From Saprospiraceae bacterium (GTDB lineage: Bacteria; Bacteroidota; Bacteroidia; Chitinophagales; Saprospiraceae): DNA of 64,000 bases. Numbering within the stretch: position 1 is the stretch's first letter; the number at the start of each line of letters is the position of its first letter. Positions 1-10,751 of this stretch are shown here, in pieces. Under the pieces are notes generated by a model. It searched no databases. It was not told where the DNA came from and saw nothing but the letters and a program-made list of their open reading frames with translations. Position numbers and translations under genes: made by a program. The stretch covers positions 20,988 through 84,987 of the forward strand of contig JADKKF010000014.1 of NCBI GenBank assembly GCA_016720635.1, read 5' to 3'.

Positions 1-321
1 TCTCTAGATCTAGGAGACAATGTTCTAATGAATAGTACACTAAATATTTTTTTTAACTCGATAACAAACCTACAAAAGATTTGGAATAGAAAGATTCAAA
101 AGCTAGAAAAAGAATCAAGATATCAATGAAAAGGATTGTAAAAGGCTAATATTCTTAGTCATGGAAGCTGGTAAAAATTATCTTTAAAATAAAACCTAGG
201 GGTATAATAATTGGGTAGAAAGGAACGTATCTAAAAGGTTGTTATCATTTTTTTTAAAATGGTAACGAACATATTTTTGTACATTTGCGGTTTGATATAC
301 CAATTCAAAGATAAAATAACT

Positions 322-3300
322 ATGCATCAAAGAATTACGAATATTGCAGGATGGTTGGTTTTTTCCATTTCCCTTATTGTGTATTATTTTTCAGTAGAAA
401 GCACGGGCAGTCTTTGGGATTGCGGTGAATTTATTTTGGGTGCATACAAGCTCCAAGTAGTTCACCCACCTGGGGCCCCTTTGTTTTTATTGGTAGGAAG
501 ATTGTTTGCATGGGTTGGCTCTTGGGGTGGAAATCCTGAAAGCATAGCAGTAGCGGTGAATATGTTGTCAGCCATCTGCACATCATTCGCAGCCATGTTT
601 GTGTGTTGGACGACTATGATGCTTGGAAAATTGACTTTTTTGGATAGAGAAACAGAGCCATCTACAAGTGATTCTTATGCATTGGGAGGAGCGGGTTTGG
701 TAGCTGGATTGACAGCAGCATTTTGTACCTCTGTTTGGTTTTCGGCTGTGGAGGGAGAGGTTTATGCGATGTCATCGATGTTTACTTGTATGACGATATG
801 GGCAATGCTCAAATGGTATTATCTACCAGATGAACCAGAAAATGATCGATGGATTCTGTTTGCTATTTTTTCAACGGGTCTATCTATCGGTGTTCACTTA
901 TTATCTCTCTTGACGTTTCCAGCCTTGGCGATGTTTTATTATTTTAAAAAATACAAAGAGCATACGGTTAAAGGTACATTTTTTGCTTCTATGGTAGGAG
1001 TTTTGTTCCTGGGTTTGACGCAAGCGCTTATCATCAATGGGATTCCGAAACTATGGGGAAATATAGATTACTTGTTTGTGAATAGCTTTGGACTTCCTGT
1101 TAATTCTGGTATAGTGCTTGTACTTTTGATTTTGGGCGGAATCTTATACTATGGATTTAACTACGCAAAAAAACATTCATATCCTGTCATCCAAAATATA
1201 TTTATAGGTGCTTATCTTTTGATCATAGGATTTTCTACTTATGGTATGGTGGTCATCAGAGCCAATGTGGACACCCCAATCAATATGAACAAGCCTGATA
1301 ACCCGATGAAGCTCATTCCTTATTTGAATCGCGAGCAATACGGAGAAAATAAATTGTTGCGTGGGCCATACTTCGATGCAAGGCCTGTGGACATGGTTAC
1401 AGAGCCTAGATATGATGTCGTCGATGGAAAATACAAAGAAGTAAGTCAAAAAATTGAATACGTTTACAAAAGTGATGATTTAGTGTTTTTCCCAAGGATG
1501 CCGCATGCGGATGAAATGAGAAAAAGGCTTTACAGAGATTTTTGGATGAATGGAAAGCAAGGAAAACCAAGCTTTTTGGACAATATGTCATTTTTCATCA
1601 GATACCAAATTGGTTGGATGTACTGGCGATATTTTATGTGGAATTTTACAGGGCGACAGAATGGAGAACAGGGATATTTCCCTTGGGATCCTGCCAATGG
1701 CCACTGGATTTCTGGCATCACTCCTTTGGACAATATGCGATTGTATAATCAGAGTGAGCTACCAGAATATTATAGAAATAATGAATCTAGAAATACGTAT
1801 TTCTTCATACCGTTTATTTTGGGTTTGATTGGTTTAATTTACCAAGCAAAAAGGCGTAGGGAAGAGTTTTTTGGGTTGTTGGCGCTGTTTATTATCACAG
1901 GTATAGGTATCATCGTTTATGCCAATTCTCCGCCCAATGAACCGAGAGAGAGGGACTACGTTTTGGTTGGATCTTTCTTTGTCTATGCCATGTGGATCGG
2001 GATGGCGGTTCTAGCTATTTATCAGTATTTCAAATCCAAAGTCAGTGGCACAGCCTTGGCCTTTGGTGCTAGTGCCATTTGTCTAGTAGCTCCATTGTTA
2101 ATGGGCTTCCAAAACTTTGATGATCTAGGACGTAGAGGACATTATGGATCTAGGGACTATGCCAATAACTTCTTACAATCTTGTGAAAAAAATGCCATCA
2201 TATTCACGTATGGTGACAACGATACCTATCCACTTTGGTATGCTCAAGAAGTAGAAGGAATAAGAAAAGATGTGCGTGTGGTGAACTTATCTTTGATCGC
2301 AGTAGATTGGTATATCAATGCCTTAAGAAATAAAATCAATGAGTCGGATCCGATCAAACTGACTATCCCAGCAAGTGCTTATGTGGGCAATGCAAGGGAT
2401 GCTGTGTATTTGGTTCCTAGAGAATAATAACAATGCAATGCCATTGTCCGCAGCTTTGAAATTCATAGGAGAGGACCACCCACTGCAAAGTGAAGGGGGC
2501 TCGGTTCCGTCATATCTGCCAGCCAAAAACTTGTTTATCGACATAGACCCGCAAAAGGCTCTGAAAGTTGGCATGGCTAAGCCAGGCGATACCATCGCAC
2601 CAAGATTGAATTATACCCTTCCAGGATCATATATTAGCAAGGATGATTTAGCCATTTTGGATGTTATAAGCTCCAATATGTACGAAAGACCGATTTATTT
2701 CTCAGTGACAGTACAACGCGATAAGTTGATGGGCTTGGACGATTATTTCCAATTAGAAGGTCTAGGCTTGAGACTTATGGCTGTAAAATCTACTTCAGAT
2801 CCTGATTTTGAAATTTACGGAAGTGGTAGAGTAGATGCCAATAAAGTCCTTGAAAATTTCTCCACCAAATTCAAATGGGGAGGTTTTGATAAAAAGAAAA
2901 TGTTCGTAGATAAGAGCTATAGCCCAAGCGTAAATGCGCATAAATTGGTTGCATTGCGTGCTACACAGGACTTTATTTTGTCCAATCAAAACGAGAAAGC
3001 TATCAAGCTGATGGATACCTATTTTACAGGTTTCCCTAATTTTAATTTTCCTTATGAGCAGTCCATGTTGTCTTTTATAAGGATGTATATTACAGCAGGG
3101 GCTTACGACAAAGCCAAAACACATATGGACATTATGGCCAAAATGGCGGTTCAAAACAATACGTTTTTTAATAGTTTGACATCAGCAGATTTGCAGACAT
3201 ATACGTTGAGGATGGAGTATGAACAAAACCAGAATATCATGTCCGAATTGATCAATTTGGCTGAGCTGGGCAAAGACAATGCTTATGCCGAAGATCTTAA

Positions 3301-3361
3301 GAAAATGTTTGGAAATAACATCAAGCCAAAACAAAACCAACAGGGACCATTGTTAAATTAA
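322..3361 (+). pseudogene. DUF2723 (TMEM260-like) polytopic membrane protein, split into ORFs 259..2427 and 2375..3361 by an apparent 1-nt frameshift
   Basis: The N-terminal motif GSLWDCGEFILGAYKLQVVHPPGAPLF and many hydrophobic segments are typical of DUF2723. The 328-aa ORF continues in the adjacent frame with a 53-nt overlap. The combined length of about 1010 aa fits the family. The likely true start is ATG 322 (MHQRITNIAGW). Confidence 0.7.
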
Positions 3362-3376
3362 TAAAAACTGTATGGT

Positions 3377-3823
3377 ATGAAAGCTCAATGGATAATGATA
3401 GGGAATGACCATGCTGGTACACTCCTGAAAGATAAGATTAAGAAAAAGCTGATCGAAAAAGGTTATCTTTTGATGGATTTTGGTGCGTTTACAGAAGATT
3501 CTGTGGATTACCCAGACTTTGCTCACGCCGTCGCTGATGCTATGAAAGATAAGCCTGAAAGTCTTGGCATATTGATTTGTGGTAGTGGAAATGGCATGGC
3601 GATTTCAGCCAACAAGCATAAACATATCAGAGCAGGTATTGCTTGGAATAGCGACGTTGCTAGTCTTATACGGAGACATAACGATGCCAATATATTGGTA
3701 TTGCCCGCGCGGTTCATTCAGGATGAAAAAGCCATTGGGTGTGTTGAAAAATTTTTGGAAGCATCGTTTGAAGGTGGGAGACATAGCTTGAGGGTCAATA
3801 AGATTTGGCCCAGTATGTGTTGA
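3377..3823 (+). CDS. rpiB: ribose-5-phosphate isomerase B (RpiB/LacA/LacB family)
   Basis: 148 aa. The GNDHAG, ICGSGNGMAISANK and RRHNDANILVLPARF motifs are characteristic of RpiB. Confidence 0.9.
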   Translation: MKAQWIMIGNDHAGTLLKDKIKKKLIEKGYLLMDFGAFTEDSVDYPDFAHAVADAMKDKPESLGILICGSGNGMAISANKHKHIRAGIAWNSDVASLIRRHNDANILVLPARFIQDEKAIGCVEKFLEASFEGGRHSLRVNKIWPSMC

Positions 3824-3912
3824 TTTTCTTAGTATGGGTATGATATTTTTATTGAATATAATATATTAAGATTATCAAAAAAATAAATGGAAATATCACT
3901 AGAATAAGCAAG

Positions 3913-5394
3913 ATGGGTGCCAAAGCCTCGTTGCTTTTAGTAATTTCCTTTTTCACGATTTCTAAATGGGCCAATGCTCAGTCGGCTTATTTAGATGGAG
4001 ATTCTGTTATGATATCAAAACTCCAAGATCAAATATCAAAAATAGAATTGCTGGAGCATTTGAAGATACTGGCATCAGATACCATGGAAGGTAGGGGGAC
4101 GGGTAAAAGAGGAAACCAATTGGCCGCAAATTATCTTTCCCAAAAGTTATCAGAAGCAGGCTTCAAACCACTAGACTCCGATACCAGCTTTTTACAACCC
4201 TTCGAATTTTTGAGCGACGACTGGATATTACAAGAGTTTAGGATTGGAGATTTAAAACTTACTATAGATCAGGATTACGTCATCGTCCCTTGGCATTCGT
4301 TTTCAGCAGGAACTTTTTATGCCAAATCCATTTTGTTGGTTCATGACCATGCGATTAAGAAATTGGACTGGAAGGATTTAAAAGCTACTTTAATCATCAT
4401 TTATGGGCAAAAGGAAAATGTCTCAGGAAGGTGGTTGGAGGATGTGGCCAAGAAAAATCTCGTTTTATTTGTAAATGATGATTTTCATATGACTCATGAT
4501 GTCGTCAATGGTCAACCCTTTTATCTGAATGGCAATCCTCTTTACAAGAATTACGCATATATCAAGAGTGAAAAACTAAATGCTTGGATTTTAAACCAAA
4601 AGAAGAAAGATTTTGAACAGTTTTTACAAGGTCATATTGAAAGCATCAAAATATCTAGACTCGTATTTTTTAGGAATAGAAAAGAAGTTAAGCCCATAAA
4701 AACCGCTAACGTTGTCGGTTATATCGACAATAAAGACTCTACACAAAATAGTAGCAAAAAATACATGGTGTTATCGGGTCATTTTGACCATCTGGGTAAG
4801 AAAGGCAATTCTATCTACTATGGTGCCGATGACAATGGATCTGGATGTTCTGCAATCGTAGCTATGGCCAAATATTTGGGAGAATTGGCTAAAAATAACG
4901 CACTGAATAAAAGAATAATCGTTGCATTTATGACAGGGGAGGAGATGGGGCTCATCGGGTCACATTACTTCACGGCCACAGATTTTTTTAAAAAAAATAA
5001 ATTTGAATGCAATGTAAATATCGATATGATAGGTCGATTTGATAAAAACCATCAAGAAAGTAAAAATCCATATATTTATGTGATAGGTGCTGATCGCATT
5101 TCTAAAGATTTAGATTCAGTGATCTCCAAAACAAATGTTAGATATAATCACTTGGATTTGGACTATCGGCTGAATGCCTTAGATGATCCAGAGCGATTGT
5201 ACGAGCGATCGGACCATTTTAATTTTGCAAAAAATGGAATTCCTTCAGTTTTCTTTTTTAGTGGATTGCATGAAGACTACCACAAAACCAGCGATACTTT
5301 TGATAAATTAAATTATCAATTGTTTCACCAAAGAACCAAGTTTTTGTTTACAGTCGTAAGCGAGTTGGCGGTAAGGAAAACGCCCTTGAGATAA
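3913..5394 (+). CDS. secreted M28-family zinc aminopeptidase
   Basis: N-terminal signal peptide (LLLVISFFTISKWANAQ). M28 metal-ligand motifs are present: HFDHLG, YYGADDNGSG, TGEEMGLIGS, DMIG and SDHFNFAKNGIP. Confidence 0.85.
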   Translation: MGAKASLLLVISFFTISKWANAQSAYLDGDSVMISKLQDQISKIELLEHLKILASDTMEGRGTGKRGNQLAANYLSQKLSEAGFKPLDSDTSFLQPFEFLSDDWILQEFRIGDLKLTIDQDYVIVPWHSFSAGTFYAKSILLVHDHAIKKLDWKDLKATLIIIYGQKENVSGRWLEDVAKKNLVLFVNDDFHMTHDVVNGQPFYLNGNPLYKNYAYIKSEKLNAWILNQKKKDFEQFLQGHIESIKISRLVFFRNRKEVKPIKTANVVGYIDNKDSTQNSSKKYMVLSGHFDHLGKKGNSIYYGADDNGSGCSAIVAMAKYLGELAKNNALNKRIIVAFMTGEEMGLIGSHYFTATDFFKKNKFECNVNIDMIGRFDKNHQESKNPYIYVIGADRISKDLDSVISKTNVRYNHLDLDYRLNALDDPERLYERSDHFNFAKNGIPSVFFFSGLHEDYHKTSDTFDKLNYQLFHQRTKFLFTVVSELAVRKTPLR

Positions 5395-5756
5395 ACTCTT
5401 TTTCCACAATCCACATTTGATTTTTTTGTGAGTTTTAAACCGTTTTATGATGGCATATTTCTAGCATCATGTTGCCTCAAAACCCTATTGTATTGGGATT
5501 TTTAGTAAATCAAGAAATGTTATTTTTTGATGATTTCATTATTATAAAATGTTGGTAAGTTTTGAATTTTATTGGACTTGTCCACAATTTTATAGTAGTT
5601 TTAAACAATCAATTAACATACCTCGAGATTTTACTTCATATTATTTAAAATTTATATGCAATAATCCCCTTAGATTTGTAGGAAGATTGGCATTATATTT
5701 TACCGAAACTTTAAAATGTTTGAGCATAAAAGGCTTACTATAAATAAAAATTAGAT

Positions 5757-7292
5757 ATGGCAGAGATAGAAAAGGGAGTGAATTTCAGGAAAAACAACCT
5801 AAAAGCCGTGAAGGGCGATAAGGACTTTGCTTCGCTCCATCTGGGTAGAATTCAGCCACAAGCGATACCGCTGGAGGAGGCAGTTCTTGGGGCATTGATG
5901 CTAGACAAAGACGCTTTTTCAATTATCTCTAGTATTTTGACCGCCGAGTCTTTTTATTTACCCGCCCATCAGATTATTTTTGACGCCATACTGAGATTGT
6001 TCAACAAATCTATGCCAATAGATCTCTTGACTGTGAATGAGGAAATTCATAAAATGGAAGCCCTCGAACAAATAGGAGGCACTATTTACCTTGTGGACTT
6101 GACCAATAAAGTTGGTTCTGCGGCCAATGTTGAATATCACGCCAAAATCGTAGCGCAAAAATACATCCAGCGACAATTGATACAAGCCTCCACGATGACC
6201 ATCAATGATTCATTTGAGGACACAAAAGACGTATTCGATATCCTAGATGAAGCCGAACAGGGACTTTTCCAAATTACAGAAAAAAACCTAGGACGCGAGT
6301 ATCAAAGCATAGGTGCCCTCTCGGTAAAAGCCCGTAAAATGCTTGAAGATCTGGCTGCAAAGGAAACTGGACTTACTGGGATTCCGTCAGGATTTGACAA
6401 TTTGGACCGCATCACCAGTGGTTGGCAGAAATCAGATCTAATCATTCTAGCAGCTCGCCCAGGTATGGGTAAGACCGCTTTTACTTTGTCATTGGCTAGA
6501 AATGCCGCGATGGGTTTTGACAAAAAATATCCAGTAGCCATATTCTCGCTGGAGATGTCCAATGTTCAGTTAGCACAAAGGTTGATTTCAATGGAAGCTG
6601 GAATAAATAGCCAAAAATTGCGAAATGGTCAATTGACCAAGGAAGAGTGGGAGCGCTTTCACAATGCAATCGTAAAAATGGCTGAAACGCCCATATATAT
6701 AGACGATACCCCAGCGATCAACATATTCGAGCTAAGGGCAAAATGCCGTCGATTGAAGCAACATCATGGCGTAGAGCTTATCATCGTCGATTACTTACAG
6801 TTGATGACGGCGGGTAGCGATAATAAAAAGAATGGAACCAGAGAACAAGAAATTTCCTCCATCTCCCGTGCCTTGAAAGGCTTAGCCAAAGAGTTAGAAG
6901 TCCCCGTCATAGCATTGGCGCAGCTTTCGAGGGCTGTCGAAGGAAGAAAAAACAATATCCCAATGCTTTCGGATTTGAGAGAATCAGGGTCTATAGAACA
7001 GGATGCTGATATCGTATCATTCATTTATCGCCCTGGGTATTACCTCGAGATGAATAGCGAAGAATACAGGGAAGTGCAAGATAAGGCCGAAATCATCATC
7101 GCAAAACACAGAAATGGTGCCTTAGATACCGTCGAGTTGAAATTCGTGAGTGATTATGCTAGATTTGAGAATCCAAATGATTCAGATTTCATGGGTCGAA
7201 GTCTTGAGAGTTTGCTTTCTGCAGACAGAGGCTTAGGGGATGACTATATCACTAGACCATCAAGGATGAACGATGAGGATGTACCGTATTAG
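5757..7292 (+). CDS. dnaB: replicative DNA helicase DnaB
   Basis: 511 aa. It has a DnaB N-terminal domain, the Walker A motif ARPGMGKTAF, and the conserved blocks IIVDYLQLM and SQLSR-like ALAQLSRAVE. Confidence 0.95.
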   Translation: MAEIEKGVNFRKNNLKAVKGDKDFASLHLGRIQPQAIPLEEAVLGALMLDKDAFSIISSILTAESFYLPAHQIIFDAILRLFNKSMPIDLLTVNEEIHKMEALEQIGGTIYLVDLTNKVGSAANVEYHAKIVAQKYIQRQLIQASTMTINDSFEDTKDVFDILDEAEQGLFQITEKNLGREYQSIGALSVKARKMLEDLAAKETGLTGIPSGFDNLDRITSGWQKSDLIILAARPGMGKTAFTLSLARNAAMGFDKKYPVAIFSLEMSNVQLAQRLISMEAGINSQKLRNGQLTKEEWERFHNAIVKMAETPIYIDDTPAINIFELRAKCRRLKQHHGVELIIVDYLQLMTAGSDNKKNGTREQEISSISRALKGLAKELEVPVIALAQLSRAVEGRKNNIPMLSDLRESGSIEQDADIVSFIYRPGYYLEMNSEEYREVQDKAEIIIAKHRNGALDTVELKFVSDYARFENPNDSDFMGRSLESLLSADRGLGDDYITRPSRMNDEDVPY

Positions 7293-7598
7293 TCGCCAGA
7301 TTACTATTGAATTTTTACTATAAAATATCTTTTAAATTTTTTTACCAATATTAATTGGGAAGTGAGCTGCATGAGTACAATCTACTAGCCAATGCTTTGG
7401 GTATTTTTTGATAAATACAAAATTACATCGTTGCATTTCGCCCCACTTTTTTATCAATGAATGCGAAAAATAAATTAAAAAAATCTTAAAACCAACAATA
7501 TAAAACCTTCGTTTATGTTATTTTAGGTAATTTTAATTCTTAAGATTGCGTCCTCTCATTTAATTGAAAGATTTGGACTTGAAATTTTAAATTTGAAA

Positions 7599-9434
7599 AT
7601 GAAATATTTACTAATTATTTGCCTTGGTTTTTGCTCATTTTGGGTGAAAGGACAAGTTTCAAATGATGAGTGTAGTGCTGCCATCATCTTGGATGATGTG
7701 AATAATTATTGTTCTGGTGTAGGTCAATTCAATAATATAGGTGCTACCCCCTCGACAGTCAATCAAGTTGGTGGAGGAATATTTTGTTGGTCTGATGCGA
7801 ACAATGATGTCTGGTTTCAATTTGTGGCCACTGCTACCGATATCAATGTTAGGGTCATTGGCGATATAGCCCAAACACCTGGAGGAACGATTAAATATCC
7901 ACAATTTGCCGTATATTCTGGAAGATGCGCAACGGGATTGACTATGGTCTCTTGCAATTCTGACCAAGCTGGTAGCCATGTCGCTGAGTCTTATGGCAAT
8001 AATCTCATCCCAGGCAGACAATATTATATTCGTGTAGGAGGACGAGGAAACAATACTGGAACGTTTACATTGTGTATAAATAATTTTTTTAATGTACCAG
8101 CCCCTCAGTCGGATTGTCCCCAAAATATTGTTTTATGTGATAAAGCTGGATTTTCCGTCAATTCATTGATTGGAACTGGATTAAACAATACGGAAGTCAG
8201 TACCAGTTGTATTGATGAAGAAAGAAGTTCTGCGTGGTACAGTTGGACATGCAAGGATCCAGGATCTCTCACTTTCACGATAACCCCAAGCAATCCGATC
8301 GACGACATCGATTTTGTGGTCTATGAATTGCCCAATGGGGTCAAAGACTGTACGGGGAAATTTGAACGTCGGTGTGAAGCCGCTGGAGAAAATATTGGAG
8401 CACCTCTAGCTACTTGGGAGCGATGTATGGGCCCCACAGGACTTTCTGACTCTGAGTCCGATACAAGTGAACCAGCTGGCTGTGGAGGCAATAATAATAA
8501 TTTTGTTTCGGCATTGAATATGGAAGCTGGGAAAAGCTATGCTATTTTAATCAATAACTATTCAAGAAGTGGAAATGGTTTTAATATCGCATTCGGCGGT
8601 ACGGGTACTTTTCTAGGACCAGAAGCAGATTTTGAGATTTTGGACGAATCCACGCCATTTTGTAGATTTCAAGAATACACGGTGGTTGATACTTCTAGAT
8701 TGTTTGGTACTAGAGTCATCTCCTACCAATGGGGGTTTGGCGATGAGGCGGTATTCTCAAGCGATACTGGTAGAGGGCCTCACAAGGTGACTTTTCCACT
8801 AGCTGGGATAAAAACCATTTTTTTATCTCTAGAAACCGAGGATGGGTGTAGAGTGTATAAAAAACTCAGTATAGATGTTCTCTGTTGCGATAAAAGCGTC
8901 ATCGTGGATGCTGGACCAGATCAAACCATAAAACTCGGAGAATCTACTCAATTAAGCGGTTTTGCTTCATTACCAGGTCAAGATTGGATCATCCGATGGC
9001 TGCCAGGGGATCACTTGTCTTGTATCAACTGTTGGGATCCTATAGCGATGCCGTACCACGATTTTATGTATATTCTTACTGTTCAAGATGACGAACAATG
9101 TTCGGGGCGAGATACGGTGTTAATCAGGATAAATAAATATAAACCGTTATATATACCCAATGCTTTTTCGCCTAATGGCGATGGCATCAATGACAGATTC
9201 AATGCTTATGCAGGTATTGCGTTGAAGCAAATCAGAAAATTGCGAATATTTGACCGATGGGGAGATCTAGTGTATGAAACTTCCAATATCCAGCCTGGAG
9301 AAAATTTACTGGGATGGGATGGAAAATTTCAAGGAAAAGAAATGAACCCTGGAGTATTCGTATATCATATCGTTGCCGAGTTTTTGGATGACAGCCTCGA
9401 AGAATATGCAGGAGCACTCCATTTGATAAGGTAA
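7599..9434 (+). CDS. secreted protein with PKD-like domain and T9SS type B C-terminal sorting domain
   Basis: Signal peptide MKYLLIICLGFCSFWVKGQ. PKD-like stretch YQWGFGDEAVFSSDTGRGPHKVTF. The C-terminal YIPNAFSPNGDGINDRFNAY ... FDRWGDLVY is the gliding-motility-associated (CHU_C / type B) CTD signature. The ORF-track start at 7593 is a TTG, and ATG 7599 is more likely. Confidence 0.8.
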   Translation: MKYLLIICLGFCSFWVKGQVSNDECSAAIILDDVNNYCSGVGQFNNIGATPSTVNQVGGGIFCWSDANNDVWFQFVATATDINVRVIGDIAQTPGGTIKYPQFAVYSGRCATGLTMVSCNSDQAGSHVAESYGNNLIPGRQYYIRVGGRGNNTGTFTLCINNFFNVPAPQSDCPQNIVLCDKAGFSVNSLIGTGLNNTEVSTSCIDEERSSAWYSWTCKDPGSLTFTITPSNPIDDIDFVVYELPNGVKDCTGKFERRCEAAGENIGAPLATWERCMGPTGLSDSESDTSEPAGCGGNNNNFVSALNMEAGKSYAILINNYSRSGNGFNIAFGGTGTFLGPEADFEILDESTPFCRFQEYTVVDTSRLFGTRVISYQWGFGDEAVFSSDTGRGPHKVTFPLAGIKTIFLSLETEDGCRVYKKLSIDVLCCDKSVIVDAGPDQTIKLGESTQLSGFASLPGQDWIIRWLPGDHLSCINCWDPIAMPYHDFMYILTVQDDEQCSGRDTVLIRINKYKPLYIPNAFSPNGDGINDRFNAYAGIALKQIRKLRIFDRWGDLVYETSNIQPGENLLGWDGKFQGKEMNPGVFVYHIVAEFLDDSLEEYAGALHLIR

Positions 9435-9528
9435 TGCTTTTCTCCTTCCTATTTTAAATTAATAATTGCTGAAATTGATTATATTCGCATTCGAGTAATT
9501 TTTTTTGTAAACTCGAAAAAAAAGAACT

Positions 9529-10740
9529 ATGATCAATCGCCCTCATTTTGACTATACCGAAGTGCCAGAGACAAGGGCCGTTTTGTCCAATTTGGATTTT
9601 CAAGCATCGAAGCTATTCATTGGCATTCCGAAAGAATCGGATATTTCAGAAAATAGAATACCCCTGACACCTAGCAGCGTGGCAAGTTTAACTACCCTAG
9701 GCCACAGGGTTATCATCGAATCGGGAGCGGGAACAAAAGCCAATTTTACAGACCTAGAATATTCAGAAGCAGGTGCCGAAATTACCCTTGAAAAAGAGAA
9801 AATATTTGCCGCCAATATCATCCTGAAAGCTGCACCGCCCAGTTTATTCGAAGTCGAATTGATGAAGACGAACCAGTTGCTCATCTCTCCACTTCACATC
9901 TTGGCCATCAGTAAAGAATACATAGAATTACTCCGCAAGAAAAAAGTTACAGCCATAGCCCTAGAATGGCTTAGGGATGAGGATGGAACCTTCCCGATGG
10001 TGAGAATTATGAGTGAATTGGCAGGAATATCTGCTATACAAGTTGCAGCTCAATTTCTCAACCAAACAAACGGAGGGATTGGCGTTTTACTTGGAGGAAT
10101 TTCTGGTGTACCACCCGCAAAAGTGGTCATATTAGGCGCTGGAGTTGTTGCCGAATTTGCTACAAGAACCGCTTTGGGCTTAGGGGCTTCTGTTAGGATT
10201 TTTGATAATAATATATACAAACTGATGCGCATACAAGCTAGAATAGGGCGTCAGTTGCATACTTCAGCACTCAATCAAATTTATCTAAAAAAAGAACTCA
10301 AAGAGGCAGATGTCGTCATCGGAGCCATCCACTCCAAGACTGGGCGAACGCCGATTGTAGTGACTGAAGACATGGTCGAACAAATGAAAACAGGCTCCAT
10401 CATAGTTGACGTAAGCATAGACCAAGGGGGATGCTTCGAAACCAGTGAAATGATGCGACTCGAAAAGCCGTCCTTTGTCAAACATGGTGTGATACACTAT
10501 TGCGTGCCCAATATGGCCTCGAATTATGCTAGAACCTCGAGTGAAGCGATGAGCAATATTTTGACGCCATTGCTTTTTAAAATCAGTACTTCTGGCAATC
10601 TCTATTCCCTACTATATGCACAAACTGGAATCAGAAACGGAATTTATACCTACAAAGGGGCTTTGACAAACTTCTACCTCAGCGAAAGGCTGGGCATGAA
10701 ATATACCGATATTGAATTATTGATTACTTCCTCTATATAA
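9529..10740 (+). CDS. alanine dehydrogenase / PNT-family NAD(H)-binding dehydrogenase
   Basis: 403 aa. It has the AlaDH/PNT N-terminal fold (IGIPKE..ENRIPLTP) and the Rossmann motif VVILGAGVVAEFA. Confidence 0.75.
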   Translation: MINRPHFDYTEVPETRAVLSNLDFQASKLFIGIPKESDISENRIPLTPSSVASLTTLGHRVIIESGAGTKANFTDLEYSEAGAEITLEKEKIFAANIILKAAPPSLFEVELMKTNQLLISPLHILAISKEYIELLRKKKVTAIALEWLRDEDGTFPMVRIMSELAGISAIQVAAQFLNQTNGGIGVLLGGISGVPPAKVVILGAGVVAEFATRTALGLGASVRIFDNNIYKLMRIQARIGRQLHTSALNQIYLKKELKEADVVIGAIHSKTGRTPIVVTEDMVEQMKTGSIIVDVSIDQGGCFETSEMMRLEKPSFVKHGVIHYCVPNMASNYARTSSEAMSNILTPLLFKISTSGNLYSLLYAQTGIRNGIYTYKGALTNFYLSERLGMKYTDIELLITSSI

Positions 10741-10751
10741 ATCAAATTTCT

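Noticed and set aside
5549-5743. A 64-aa ORF lies in the spacer upstream of dnaB.
   Set aside because: It is an AT-rich, low-information translation. The region more plausibly holds the dnaB promoter and regulatory spacer.
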